Part shown: positions 1-8,342 of the stretch, in pieces
Layout: each line of letters opens with the position of its first letter
How positions within the stretch are numbered: the stretch's first letter is position 1
NCBI GenBank assembly: GCA_044070495.1
Contig: JBIPSI010000048.1
Span: forward strand, 1-28,334
Direction of reading: 5' to 3'
DNA from: Spirulina sp.
Lineage (GTDB): Bacteria; Cyanobacteriota; Cyanobacteriia; Phormidesmidales; Phormidesmidaceae
Length of the DNA: 28,334 bases
Made by a program: the position numbers and the translations under genes
Notes under the pieces: generated by a model
Databases searched by the model: none
What the model saw: only the letters and a program-made list of their open reading frames with translations
Told to the model about the DNA's origin: nothing

Positions 1-53
1 GCCTCGTCGGTCAACGCTGGCGTAGGAGATACTGAAGAAGGGCAGGTTGTCAT
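1..53 (-). CDS. Possible 5' end of a gene running off the left edge (MTTCPSSVSPTPALTDE...)
   Basis: ATG at 53-51 followed by an open frame to position 1. Too short to identify. Confidence 0.3.
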   Translation of the reverse strand, partial: MTTCPSSVSPTPALTDE

Positions 54-262
54 GGCTTTTCATCCAATTCGTCTAGCCTGACCCTACCCCTTTTCTACGG
101 ATTCAGCCCCTGTCTCGATGCTTTGTGATCTACTGATCCTAACTAGGTAGCCCTATTTCTTACAGGATAGAGAAAATCAGGTGTCCCTAAAGGCCTCACG
201 GCAGTAGATCGCTGTTTCTGGCTGATTTTCCTCTGGCCCGTGCATTAATGCACTACCCCTAA

Positions 263-772
263 TTATATACTCCAAAACTGCTTAATGTAATCGAAGCGTT
301 TCACTGGTTTTTTTGACAAGGTTACGTTGATAGGCTCTAAAACATCAATAAATTTCATCGCTGCGTCTTCCTCGCAAGCTAAATTCAGGTAAAAACCAAC
401 AAATTTATCATCTTCAATCTGCCGAACATACCAACTGCCATAGCTCATGATACCTCTATTTTCACGCCAAAATATGGCTACCATTTCACGCCCTTCAATC
501 TTGCCCTGAAATAACCACCTTCGATTTGCCTGAGTGTTGGGATATTTTCTTCTAATACTGCCTATAACCTTTGAGCCTTGTTGTTTAAAGAAAAAATCAT
601 CGCGCTTAATAATTTGTCCGTCGCCATCCAAGATGCATCCTTCCCACAGCCCGCTGTAGGGCGCTTTAAATTCCCTAAAACGACCCACAGAAAATTGAAC
701 AAATAGTAAGAAGACTGCACCAGCAAGGTTATTTAGAAAATTTACAGCTAAATCATGTGGGAAATTTTCCAT
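263..772 (-). CDS. Hypothetical membrane protein: one N-terminal TM helix plus a beta-strand-rich domain (possibly Cap15/S-2TM-beta-like)
   Basis: 169-171 aa ORF in an AT-rich patch. GAGAG lies about 7 nt upstream of ATG 772 (alternative TTG at 778). Hydrophobic segment LAGAVFLLFVQFSV, then PYSGLWEG...KQQGSKVIGSI...WLFQGKI...YGSW. Confidence 0.7.
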   Translation of the reverse strand: MENFPHDLAVNFLNNLAGAVFLLFVQFSVGRFREFKAPYSGLWEGCILDGDGQIIKRDDFFFKQQGSKVIGSIRRKYPNTQANRRWLFQGKIEGREMVAIFWRENRGIMSYGSWYVRQIEDDKFVGFYLNLACEEDAAMKFIDVLEPINVTLSKKPVKRFDYIKQFWSI

Positions 773-1156
773 TTTCAACTCTCTCTTGGATTATTCTTAA
801 ATTCGAGGGGTGAATTCTCATCTGATTTTCACAACATCTTTTTATGTACCTCTTCAAGTTCTTATGTGCCTTCTTAAAGTATCGTTTTTCAGTGTAGACA
901 AGACATTAGAGATCTACGTAAAGCTTGTGCACTTTAGGCTTTTAATATAAGATGGCCTAGTTTATCTGAATAGAATACTTCAAGTGGCCTCTCGTGCGCA
1001 AGTTCATATCCGGGTAGTGATCAAAAGAGGTAACGACAACAGAATAAAACCCTTGCAACATGGGAGTCTGGCGGCAGAGAATATTGCCTTTGGGGCACTA
1101 CTGAAATCTGAAGTATACCTAGCCTAGAACCGTTGCCAGTCTTCACAGTACAGAAC

Positions 1157-1193
1157 ACAGAATGCTCCAGTAATTGGTACTAGAGCATTCTGT
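1157..1193 (-). terminator. Stem-loop, probable terminator of the nifJ-DHOD-like transcript
   Basis: On the minus strand it reads ACAGAATGCTCTAGTA-CCAAT-TACTGGAGCATTCTGT: a 16-bp stem with one G.U pair, about 75 nt past the stop at 1268. There is no clean U-tract. Confidence 0.55.
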
Positions 1194-1267
1194 AGATCTA
1201 GTGACAGATTTAAGACTACAAGCAGTTTTGAGCAGGTGATTCACTTTTCCCGTGAACCGCCAAACCC

Positions 1268-2293
1268 CTAATGCACAAACTGATGATCCGGTGCCCAGAT
1301 GGGGTGATAGGACTGGATCGCCCGCATATATTGCACCCGCTCGAAGTCGCTGGGGTTGGGGCATTTTTGTTGGCTCATGCTGCCGCGCAGTTGGGCCAGG
1401 GATTCGTATTCGTGGTCAGTTAGCCATTGGATCACTTCCTCCTCGATGGTTTTGATGTGGCCGATGCCGTGGCGGAGCAGGGTGGCCACCAGCATGGTGA
1501 CATCGGCTCCGGCCATCAGCAGTTTGACCACATCTTCGGCGCGGCTAATGCCACTGGTGGCGGCGAGGCTGACGGGCAGCTTGCCGTAGAGCAGGGCAAT
1601 CCAGGTGAGGGGCAGGCGCATATCCTGGGGGGCGCTGAGGATGAGGTTGGGCTGAATTTCGAGATTTTCGATGTCGATGTCGGGTTGGTAGAAGCGGTTG
1701 AACAGCACCAGGCCATCGGCTCCGGCTTCACTGAGGCGTTTGGCCATGTTGGCCATGTTGCTAAAGAAGGGGCTGATCTTCACCGCCACAGGGATCTGCA
1801 CCGACTCTTTGACCGCCCGCACGATGTCGATATAGTCCTGTTCCACATCGGCCCCAGAGAGATCCAGGTCGGTGGGAATCCAGTAGATATTGAGTTCGAT
1901 GGCATCGGCTCCGGCCTCCTGCACCTGTTTGGCGTAGTCAATCCAGCCGCCCAGGGTGGCCCCATTGAGGTTGGCGATGATGGGAATATCGACCCGCCGT
2001 TTCGCTTCCCGGATGTGCTCTAGGTAGGCATCGGTGCCAACGTGGAAGGTTTCGGGCTCTGGGAAGTAGGTGAGGGCTTCCGCGAAACTTTCGGTGCCGT
2101 ATTCGGTGTGGTGGTGAATTTCCAGCCGTTCCCGCCGAATTTGTTCCTCAAATAACGAGTGCATGACAATGGCCGAGGCACCGGAATCCTCCAGCCAGCG
2201 GAAGTTTTCAATGTCTTCGGTGAGGGGGGCGGCGGCTCCCACCACAAGGGGAGATTTCAGGGTTAGGCCAAGGTATTGGGTGGTTAAGTCCAT
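1268..2293 (-). CDS. Dihydroorotate dehydrogenase-like flavoprotein (PFOR-associated type)
   Basis: MDLTTQYLGLTLKSPLVVGA, GASAIVMHSLFEEQI, ADAIELNIY, IPVAVKISPFFS, GADGLVLFNRFYQPDID, LAATSGI, LLMAGADVTM; lies directly downstream of nifJ. Confidence 0.9.
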   Translation of the reverse strand: MDLTTQYLGLTLKSPLVVGAAAPLTEDIENFRWLEDSGASAIVMHSLFEEQIRRERLEIHHHTEYGTESFAEALTYFPEPETFHVGTDAYLEHIREAKRRVDIPIIANLNGATLGGWIDYAKQVQEAGADAIELNIYWIPTDLDLSGADVEQDYIDIVRAVKESVQIPVAVKISPFFSNMANMAKRLSEAGADGLVLFNRFYQPDIDIENLEIQPNLILSAPQDMRLPLTWIALLYGKLPVSLAATSGISRAEDVVKLLMAGADVTMLVATLLRHGIGHIKTIEEEVIQWLTDHEYESLAQLRGSMSQQKCPNPSDFERVQYMRAIQSYHPIWAPDHQFVH

Positions 2294-2328
2294 CACGGGT
2301 TCCTACAAATTGGGGTACAGAATGCTGG

Positions 2329-2371
2329 GGGCCGAGAGATCCCAGGGTTCTTGAAGAACCCTGGGATCTGG
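2329..2371. repeat. Palindromic dispersed repeat, family A copy 1
   Basis: AGATCCCAGGGTTCTT-G-AAGAACCCTGGGATCT (2337-2369) is a perfect inverted repeat. The 43-bp unit recurs at 2555-2597 with 2 differences in the loop. Confidence 0.9.
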
Positions 2372-2380
2372 CCTGAACGG

Positions 2381-2421
2381 AAGCCCTCACCCCCGGCCCC
2401 TCTCCCTGTGGGAGAGGGGAG
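2381..2421 (+). repeat. REP-like repeat, family B (CCCTCACCCC..CCCCTCTCCC...GGGAGAGGGG)
   Basis: 41-bp unit matching 8864-8904 with 4 differences; internal hairpin CCCCTCTCCC/GGGAGAGGGG. Confidence 0.9.
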
Positions 2422-2475
2422 GTTGGAGGTTGGTGTAAGGGTTCCTTATTCATAGAGAGCTTGGCGGTTGTCTCA

Positions 2476-2536
2476 AAGTCCCTCTCCCAAATTGGGAGAG
2501 GGATTTAGGGTGTAGCTTGCTTCCCGCAGGGTGGGC
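2476..2536 (-). repeat. Family B repeat in inverted orientation, interrupted by a 21-bp unit
   Basis: AAGTCCCTCTCCC-AAATT-GGGAGAGGGATTT-AGGGTG-TAGCTTGCTTCCCGC-AGGGTG-GGC. Confidence 0.75.
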
Positions 2537-2554
2537 CACGGGGGATTTGGGCGA

Positions 2555-2597
2555 GGGCCGAGAGATCCCAGGGTTCTCCAAGAACCCTGGGATCTGG
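2555..2597. repeat. Palindromic dispersed repeat, family A copy 2
   Basis: AGATCCCAGGGTTCT-CCA-AGAACCCTGGGATCT (2563-2595); direct repeat of 2329-2371. Confidence 0.9.
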
Positions 2598-2608
2598 TTA
2601 GGCGGAAT

Positions 2609-5600
2609 CTACTCCGCTTCGGGGGCCGCTGGTTTGGGCTTGGCGGGGGCCGAGTGATCCAGGGCGTAGCTGCGGTTGGGCGGCAGGGGTTGTTCGTCCG
2701 CTAGGCTGCGGGCGGCCAGGTATTGGTACATGTGGTACCGACTGGCGACGCTGATTTGGGCTTGGCGCAGCAGTTCCTTGGCCTCGGCGGGTTTACTCCG
2801 CAGCAGCATCTTGAAGCGGTTTTCGCTGTACATGGCCTGTTCCAGCGGGCGTTTGGGGTTGCGGCTGTCCAGTTGCAGGGGGTTTTCGCCCTGTTCGGTG
2901 CGGCGAGGGTCGTAGCGGTAGAGCAGCCAGCGACCGGATTCCACCGCTGCCGTTTGTTGCTCCATGCCCTTGGCCATGTTGATGCCGTGGGCGATGCAGT
3001 GGGAGTAGGCGATGATCAGGGAGGGGCCGTCGTAGGCTTCGGCCTCCAGGAAGGCGCGGAGGGTGTGCTCGTTGCGAGCCCCCATGGCCACGCTGGCGAC
3101 GTAGATGTTGCCGTAGGTCATGGCCATCAGACCGAGATCCTTCTTCACCGCAGGTTTGCCCCCGGCGGCGAACTTGGCCACCGCGCCAATGGGGGTCGCC
3201 TTCGACATTTGGCCGCCCGTGTTGGAATACACCTCCGTATCCATTACCAGCACGTTGACATTGCGCCCGCTGGCCAGGACGTGATCTAGGCCGCCGTAGC
3301 CGATGTCGTAGGCCCAGCCGTCGCCGCCGACGATCCAGACGCTCTTTTTCACCAGGTAATCGGCCAGGGAGAGCAGGTTTTGCAGGCGGGTCTTCAGCAT
3401 CCGGTCGCCGTTGACGTTCCCTAGCCAGCTTTCAATGCCCTGCTTCAGCAAGGCTACCCGTTCCCGCTGCTCGAAGATGTCGGCTTCGGTGGTTTGGGCG
3501 TTGCCAAGGATGGCATTGGCCAAATCCCGCGACAGGGGCGAGTTTTCGGTATCGAGGGCCAGGGTGTGCAGCAGTTCCGCCGCCTGCTGGACGTGCTTAT
3601 CCAAGGAGACCCGGAAGCCCATGCCAAACTCGGCGTTGTCTTCAAACAGGGAGTTTGACCAGGCGGGGCCACGACCCTCGGCGTTGGCGGTGTAGGGGGT
3701 GGTGGGCAAGTTGCCGCCGTAGATGGAGGAACAGCCCGTGGCGTTGGCGATCAGCATCCGGTCGCCAAACAACTGGGTGGCCAGCTTGATGTAGGGGGTT
3801 TCGCCGCAGCCGCCGCAGGCCCCAGAGAACTCGAACAGCGGTTCCTGCATTTGCTGGTGGGAGATTTTCCGCAGATCCAGGTCGTTGCGGTTGGGGTTGG
3901 GCAGCTTCAGGAAGAAGTCCCAATTTTCCGCTTCGGGCTCGCGCAGGGGCAGTTGTTCCGCCATGTTGATGGCCCGCTTGCTGGGTTCCGCCTTGTTCTT
4001 GGCGGGGCACACCTCGACGCACAGGGCGCATCCGGTGCAGTCTTCAACGGCCACCTGAATGGTGAACTTCAGGTCGCTCCAGGCATGATCCCGCGCCGCC
4101 GTGCTTTGGAAGGTGGCCGGAGCCTCCGCTAGGGCGGATTCTTCGTAGACCTTAGAGCGAATCACGGCGTGGGGGCAGACCATCACGCACTTGCCGCACT
4201 GCACACACACATCGGGATCCCAAACGGGTACCTCCTGGGCCACGTTGCGCTTTTCGTACTTCGTGGTACCGCAGGGGAAGGTGCCATCGGCGGGCAATGC
4301 GCTAACGGGGAGGCTATCGCCTTCGCGAGCCATGATTTTGCCCAGCACATCCTTCACAAAGGGCGGGGCGCTGTCGGGCACCCACTTGTGGGGGGTGGGG
4401 TCGCCGTTGGGGTCGGCCACAGGCACTTCATAGAGGTGATCCAACGAGGCATCCACCGCCTTCATGTTCATGGCGACGACCTCCTCGCCCTTCTTGCCGT
4501 AGGTCTTGCGGATGGAGTATTTGATCGCCTCGATGGCCTCCTCCCTAGGCAGCACGCCCGACAGGGCAAAGAAGCACACCTGCATCACCGTATTGATGCG
4601 GCCTGACATGCCCGCGTCCCGCGCCACCTGGTAGGCGTTGATGGCGTAGACCTTGATACCCTTGGCGATGATCTCCTGCTGCATGGTCTGGGGCAGGCGC
4701 ACCCAGGTTTCTGCCGGGTCGTCAAAGGGGCTGCTGAGCAGCAGGGTCGCCCCCGGTTTGGCCTCGTGCAGCAGTTCCAGCTTGTTGACGAACTCCCACT
4801 GGTGGCAGGCGACAAAGTTGGCCTGGGTGATCAAATAGGTGGAGCGAATCGGGTTTGGCCCAAACCGCAGGTGGGAGACCGTGACGGAGCCGGACTTTTT
4901 GGAGTCGTAGACAAAATACCCCTGGGCATAGTTCGGGGTGTCTTCGCCAATGATTTTGATCGAGTTTTTGTTCGCCCCCACGGTGCCATCGGAGCCGAGG
5001 CCGTAGAACACCGCCCGCACCACGTTGTCGGGTTCGGTGGTAAAGCTGGGGTCGTAGTCGATGGAGGTGAAGGTGACATCGTCCACAATGCCCACCGTAA
5101 AGTGGTTTTGGGGATTGGCCTTAGCCAGGTTGTCGAACACCCCTTTTACCATGGCCGGGGTAAATTCCTTAGAAGACAGGCCATAGCGACCGCCCACCAC
5201 CTTGGGATAGAAGGCGCGGGGTTCCTCAAAGTGGGGAGCCTCTTCGCTACCCTCCAGGTGAACCTTGCCCTCGGTTTGGGGCAGTTCGTGGATGGCGTGG
5301 ACGACATCTAAATAGAGGGGTTCGCCCGGACTGCCCGGTTCCTTGCAGCGATCCAGCACCGCCAAGGATTTCACGGTCTTGGGCAGGGCGTTGATGAAGG
5401 CAATGTTGTCCAGGGGCCGATAGAGCCGCACCTTCAGCACGCCGACTTTTTCGCCCTGGGCCAGCAGCGCATCCACGGTTTCATGCACCGTTTCGGCCCC
5501 GGAACCCATCAGCACCACCACCCGCTCGGCATCGGGGGCACCGTGGTACTCGTAGATGTGATACTGCCGCCCGGTGAGTTGGGCAAACTCATCCATGGCC

Positions 5601-6337
5601 TGCTGCACAAGGTCAGAGCAGGCGTTGTAGTAGCGGTTCACCGTTTCCCGCCCCTGGAAGTAGACATCCGGGTTTTGGGCGGTGCCGCGAATGAAGGGCC
5701 GATCCGGCGTCAGCGCCCGCTGGCGATGTTGCAGCACCAGGTCGAAGGGCACATACTCCGACAGCACCTCGTCGGGAATGGTGGCGATTTTCTGCACTTC
5801 GTGGGAGGTGCGGAAGCCATCAAAAAAGTGCAGGAAGGGAATGCGCGACTCCAGGCTGGCCCGAATCGAGATCGCCGCCATGTCCTGGGCTTCCTGCACC
5901 GAGTTCGAGGCCAGCAGGGCGCAACCCGTGGCCCGACAGGCCATCACATCGCTGTGGTCGCCAAAAATTGACAACCCTTGCGCCGCCAGGGATCTCGCCG
6001 CCACATGAATCACCGCCGAAGTCAGTTCCCCGGCAATTTTGTAGAGGTTGGGGATCATCAACATCAACCCCTGGGATGCGGTGAAGGTCGTCGTCAACGA
6101 CCCCGCCTGGAGCGCCCCATGCACCGCCCCCGCCGCCCCGGCCTCGCTCTCCATTTCCACCACCGAGGGCACCGTGCCCCAAATGTTGGCCTGATCCACC
6201 GAGGCCCAGGCATCGGCCCATTCGCCCATGGGCGAGGACGGCGTAATCGGGTAGATGGCGCAGACTTCACTGAGACGGTAGGCGACCCGTGCGACCGCCT
6301 CATTACCGTCTAGGGTGATAAAAGCTTGATTTTCCAT
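2609..6337 (-). CDS. nifJ: Pyruvate:ferredoxin/flavodoxin oxidoreductase (PFOR)
   Basis: DGNEAVA, YPITPSSPMGE, MESEAGAAGAVHG, FDGFRTSHE, GLGSDGTVGANKN, two ferredoxin motifs (CVQCGKCVMVCP, CTGCALCVEVCP), GACGGCGE, and the TPP motif GGDGWAYDIG...DTEVYSNTGGQ. Confidence 0.98.
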   Translation of the reverse strand: MENQAFITLDGNEAVARVAYRLSEVCAIYPITPSSPMGEWADAWASVDQANIWGTVPSVVEMESEAGAAGAVHGALQAGSLTTTFTASQGLMLMIPNLYKIAGELTSAVIHVAARSLAAQGLSIFGDHSDVMACRATGCALLASNSVQEAQDMAAISIRASLESRIPFLHFFDGFRTSHEVQKIATIPDEVLSEYVPFDLVLQHRQRALTPDRPFIRGTAQNPDVYFQGRETVNRYYNACSDLVQQAMDEFAQLTGRQYHIYEYHGAPDAERVVVLMGSGAETVHETVDALLAQGEKVGVLKVRLYRPLDNIAFINALPKTVKSLAVLDRCKEPGSPGEPLYLDVVHAIHELPQTEGKVHLEGSEEAPHFEEPRAFYPKVVGGRYGLSSKEFTPAMVKGVFDNLAKANPQNHFTVGIVDDVTFTSIDYDPSFTTEPDNVVRAVFYGLGSDGTVGANKNSIKIIGEDTPNYAQGYFVYDSKKSGSVTVSHLRFGPNPIRSTYLITQANFVACHQWEFVNKLELLHEAKPGATLLLSSPFDDPAETWVRLPQTMQQEIIAKGIKVYAINAYQVARDAGMSGRINTVMQVCFFALSGVLPREEAIEAIKYSIRKTYGKKGEEVVAMNMKAVDASLDHLYEVPVADPNGDPTPHKWVPDSAPPFVKDVLGKIMAREGDSLPVSALPADGTFPCGTTKYEKRNVAQEVPVWDPDVCVQCGKCVMVCPHAVIRSKVYEESALAEAPATFQSTAARDHAWSDLKFTIQVAVEDCTGCALCVEVCPAKNKAEPSKRAINMAEQLPLREPEAENWDFFLKLPNPNRNDLDLRKISHQQMQEPLFEFSGACGGCGETPYIKLATQLFGDRMLIANATGCSSIYGGNLPTTPYTANAEGRGPAWSNSLFEDNAEFGMGFRVSLDKHVQQAAELLHTLALDTENSPLSRDLANAILGNAQTTEADIFEQRERVALLKQGIESWLGNVNGDRMLKTRLQNLLSLADYLVKKSVWIVGGDGWAYDIGYGGLDHVLASGRNVNVLVMDTEVYSNTGGQMSKATPIGAVAKFAAGGKPAVKKDLGLMAMTYGNIYVASVAMGARNEHTLRAFLEAEAYDGPSLIIAYSHCIAHGINMAKGMEQQTAAVESGRWLLYRYDPRRTEQGENPLQLDSRNPKRPLEQAMYSENRFKMLLRSKPAEAKELLRQAQISVASRYHMYQYLAARSLADEQPLPPNRSYALDHSAPAKPKPAAPEAE

Positions 6338-6829
6338 GGCGATCCCCTTGGGACTAGATGGGCATGGCTCAGACCAAACAACCGGAGGGTGCCTGAGCCG
6401 CTGAACTCCTGACCAACCGTGTCATCCGTGGTTCAGGGGTAATATCAACGTCAAAAACCAGATTTAAACCGTCCGATGAGAGTCTTACTTTCTCAACTTC
6501 GGCTTTGTTTAAGTAGACCTATCTCCTAAAACATGCTTAACAATAGGTCGTTTATTTTTTAATGTGCTATGCCGGAATGGCTGTTTTTAAGCCATCACCA
6601 AAAAAATAACAACAGTTCTATCTTGACACTGTTTTTAGCCTAGGCCCAGGTTTTTAGGCAAACTTTACCAGGAGCCCAAAGCGTTGTAAATCAAGGAACG
6701 TCCCTGTCCAAAAAATGGATGCTAGGGGATGGGTTATCATTCCTTAACCAAAAACCTGAATAGGGGAAAGCTTAAAACTACATTAAGGATTGTGTGGCTA
6801 GCTAGAGTTCAACCATCAATCATTCCAAG

Positions 6830-6876
6830 AAACCCTAAATTTCTAGATATCGTGTTTTTTGAGAAACTTAGGGTTT
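6830..6876 (-). other. 15-bp inverted repeat (hairpin, terminator or operator) between cdsA and nifJ
   Basis: AAACCCTAAATTTCT (6830-6844) / AGAAACTTAGGGTTT (6862-6876); the single mismatch is a G.U pair on the minus strand. Confidence 0.5.
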
Positions 6877-6927
6877 ACAGTTTTGGATATTCCTTAATCT
6901 TTCGCAAGTTGACTTGATATTTTTTAG

Positions 6928-7075
6928 CTAGCTGACTGACACAACGCCGAAAAGCCTTAATATCTCGTAGGTTGGGTGGCGCGATAGCAGAACCCAACTA
7001 GCCCAAAATCCTCGGCGAGTGGGGGGTGCAGCGCAGCGGAACCCAACCTACAGGGGAGATGTGTCAGGCAATCAG
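6928..7075. mobile_element. MITE-like element, copy 1: 16-bp TIRs enclosing two GTAG-type REP hairpins
   Basis: Left end CTAGCTGACTGACACA, right end TGTGTCAGGCAATCAG; internal GTAGGTTGGGT...ACCCAAC and GGGT...ACCCAACCTAC; similar over its length to 28195-28334. Confidence 0.75.
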
Positions 7076-7170
7076 GATTTTGGCGGCATAGCTTCCCCCA
7101 GCCTACGGGGTATCAACGCTTGTCAGTCTTGGGTTGCACAAAGCCGGGAAGATCGGTCGATATTTGCCCC

Positions 7171-8034
7171 CTACAGCCGCTGAAGGAACAGGGTGACAAA
7201 GTAAAACACCAAGGCTCCAGTAAACACATAGCTATCGGTGCGGTCGAGAATGCCGCCGTGGCCGGGGATGAGGTCGCCGGAATCCTTTACGCCCGCATCG
7301 CGCTTCATCAGAGATTCGATCAGGTCGCCGAGCAAGCTAGAAACGCCGATCATCAACCCCAGGGCAACCCCCGACAGCGGCCACAGCGGCCAACTGAGCC
7401 AATACCCGCCCAGCAGCCCCACGGCCATGCTTCCCACCATGCCAAATACGGCCCCTTCAACGGTTTTTTTAGGGCTGATGTTAGACAGGGGCGTTTTGCC
7501 AATCACTTTCCCGGCAGTGTAGGCTCCGATATCCGCTGCCCAGATGCAGCCAAAGGCAATTAAGGTGAGGGTGAGTCCGGCGGGCACTTGGTCTAGGGAG
7601 AGGGGCCAGTGATCGGGCCAGTAGCCGCCTAGGGGCAGGGTGCCGCCGTTGTCGCCGAGGTCGCGTAGGCGCACCCAAAAGCTGGGCAAATAACCGCCGT
7701 AGAATAGCCCCAAAATGGAGGCGGCTACATCGGCAATGGTGGCCACCTGGGGCTGGAACAACAGATAAAAGCAAATAAACGTGCCCCCCAAGGGCAGCAG
7801 GGCATCGGATAGGTGGGGCGCAAAGTGGGCCGTCATCAAGACCAACTGACTCACCACTAGGGTGGTCTTGGTGGCGGGCACAATGCCCTTGGCCTGAACC
7901 AGCTCAAAAATTTCCCGCTGCCCCAGCCAAATAATGACGCCAAACCCCAGGGTAAAGTACCAGCCACCTAAAAAAATCATGGCTAGGGCGATGACAATGG
8001 CAACCAGCCCACTGATGATGCGAGACCAAGGCAT
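7171..8034 (-). CDS. cdsA: Phosphatidate cytidylyltransferase
   Basis: Multi-TM protein with IWAADIGAY, ISPKKTVEG and GDLIESLMKRDAGVKDSGDLIPGHGGILDRTDS. ATG 8034 (MPWSRIISG) preferred over GTG 8076. Confidence 0.96.
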   Translation of the reverse strand: MPWSRIISGLVAIVIALAMIFLGGWYFTLGFGVIIWLGQREIFELVQAKGIVPATKTTLVVSQLVLMTAHFAPHLSDALLPLGGTFICFYLLFQPQVATIADVAASILGLFYGGYLPSFWVRLRDLGDNGGTLPLGGYWPDHWPLSLDQVPAGLTLTLIAFGCIWAADIGAYTAGKVIGKTPLSNISPKKTVEGAVFGMVGSMAVGLLGGYWLSWPLWPLSGVALGLMIGVSSLLGDLIESLMKRDAGVKDSGDLIPGHGGILDRTDSYVFTGALVFYFVTLFLQRL

Positions 8035-8240
8035 AGATCGGTAGTGTCGGAACTGACCCACAGTGTAGCGTGACACCGCCGATCAAACCCTAGGGGGCAA
8101 GGCGTTACCCTCAGTTTGGCCGAGGGGTTGGCGACACCCAAGGAGATCGGGATCCTCGCACACCATCACCTTGCCGCTTAGGATTTATTAACAAATCACA
8201 ATGCCCTACGCCTTAAGGATTGATGCCGATACATCTTCGG

Positions 8241-8307
8241 ATTCATTCTCAATAAGCGAAAACTATTGCAAATCTCCCCTACCCTTCGTTAGTATTCTCA
8301 TTAAGCG
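8241..8307. promoter_or_regulatory. Two putative FurA boxes upstream of fur (autoregulation)
   Basis: Direct repeat ATTCTCAATAAGCG (8245-8258) / ATTCTCATTAAGCG (8294-8307) in an AT-rich promoter; resembles the ATTCTCAATAA core of cyanobacterial FurA sites. Confidence 0.6.
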
Positions 8308-8342
8308 GATGTTAATGAAATTCTCTGGGGAGGGATAAGGTT

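Noticed and set aside
2208..2453. 81-aa ORF (and similarly 8856-9056) with SPLPQGEGPGVR / PHPQPLSPQERG peptides
   Set aside because: These are translations of the family-B repeat, not independent genes.
2329..2597. CRISPR array from the two 43-bp direct repeats
   Set aside because: There are only two copies, separated by 183 bp filled with other repeats.
2609..6337. Nitrogen-fixation cluster implied by the name nifJ
   Set aside because: No other nif genes are present; PFOR paired with a DHOD-like gene fits fermentative metabolism.
6380..6455. TPP riboswitch upstream of the TPP-dependent PFOR (GGGTGC-CTGAG...GGGTAATA fragments)
   Set aside because: The fragments lie on the strand opposite nifJ, and the CTGAGA / ACCTGAT / GCGNAGG core is not properly present or spaced.
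6729..6917. 62-aa ORF in the AT-rich nifJ upstream region
   Set aside because: Atypical composition, no motif, and it overlaps an inverted repeat; probably a chance ORF.
7089..7112. Second copy of the 21-bp mini-element (TAGCTTCCCCCAGCCTACGGGGTA)
   Set aside because: The similarity is limited to TAGCTT and a short CCCC/GGGG stem, too weak to support.
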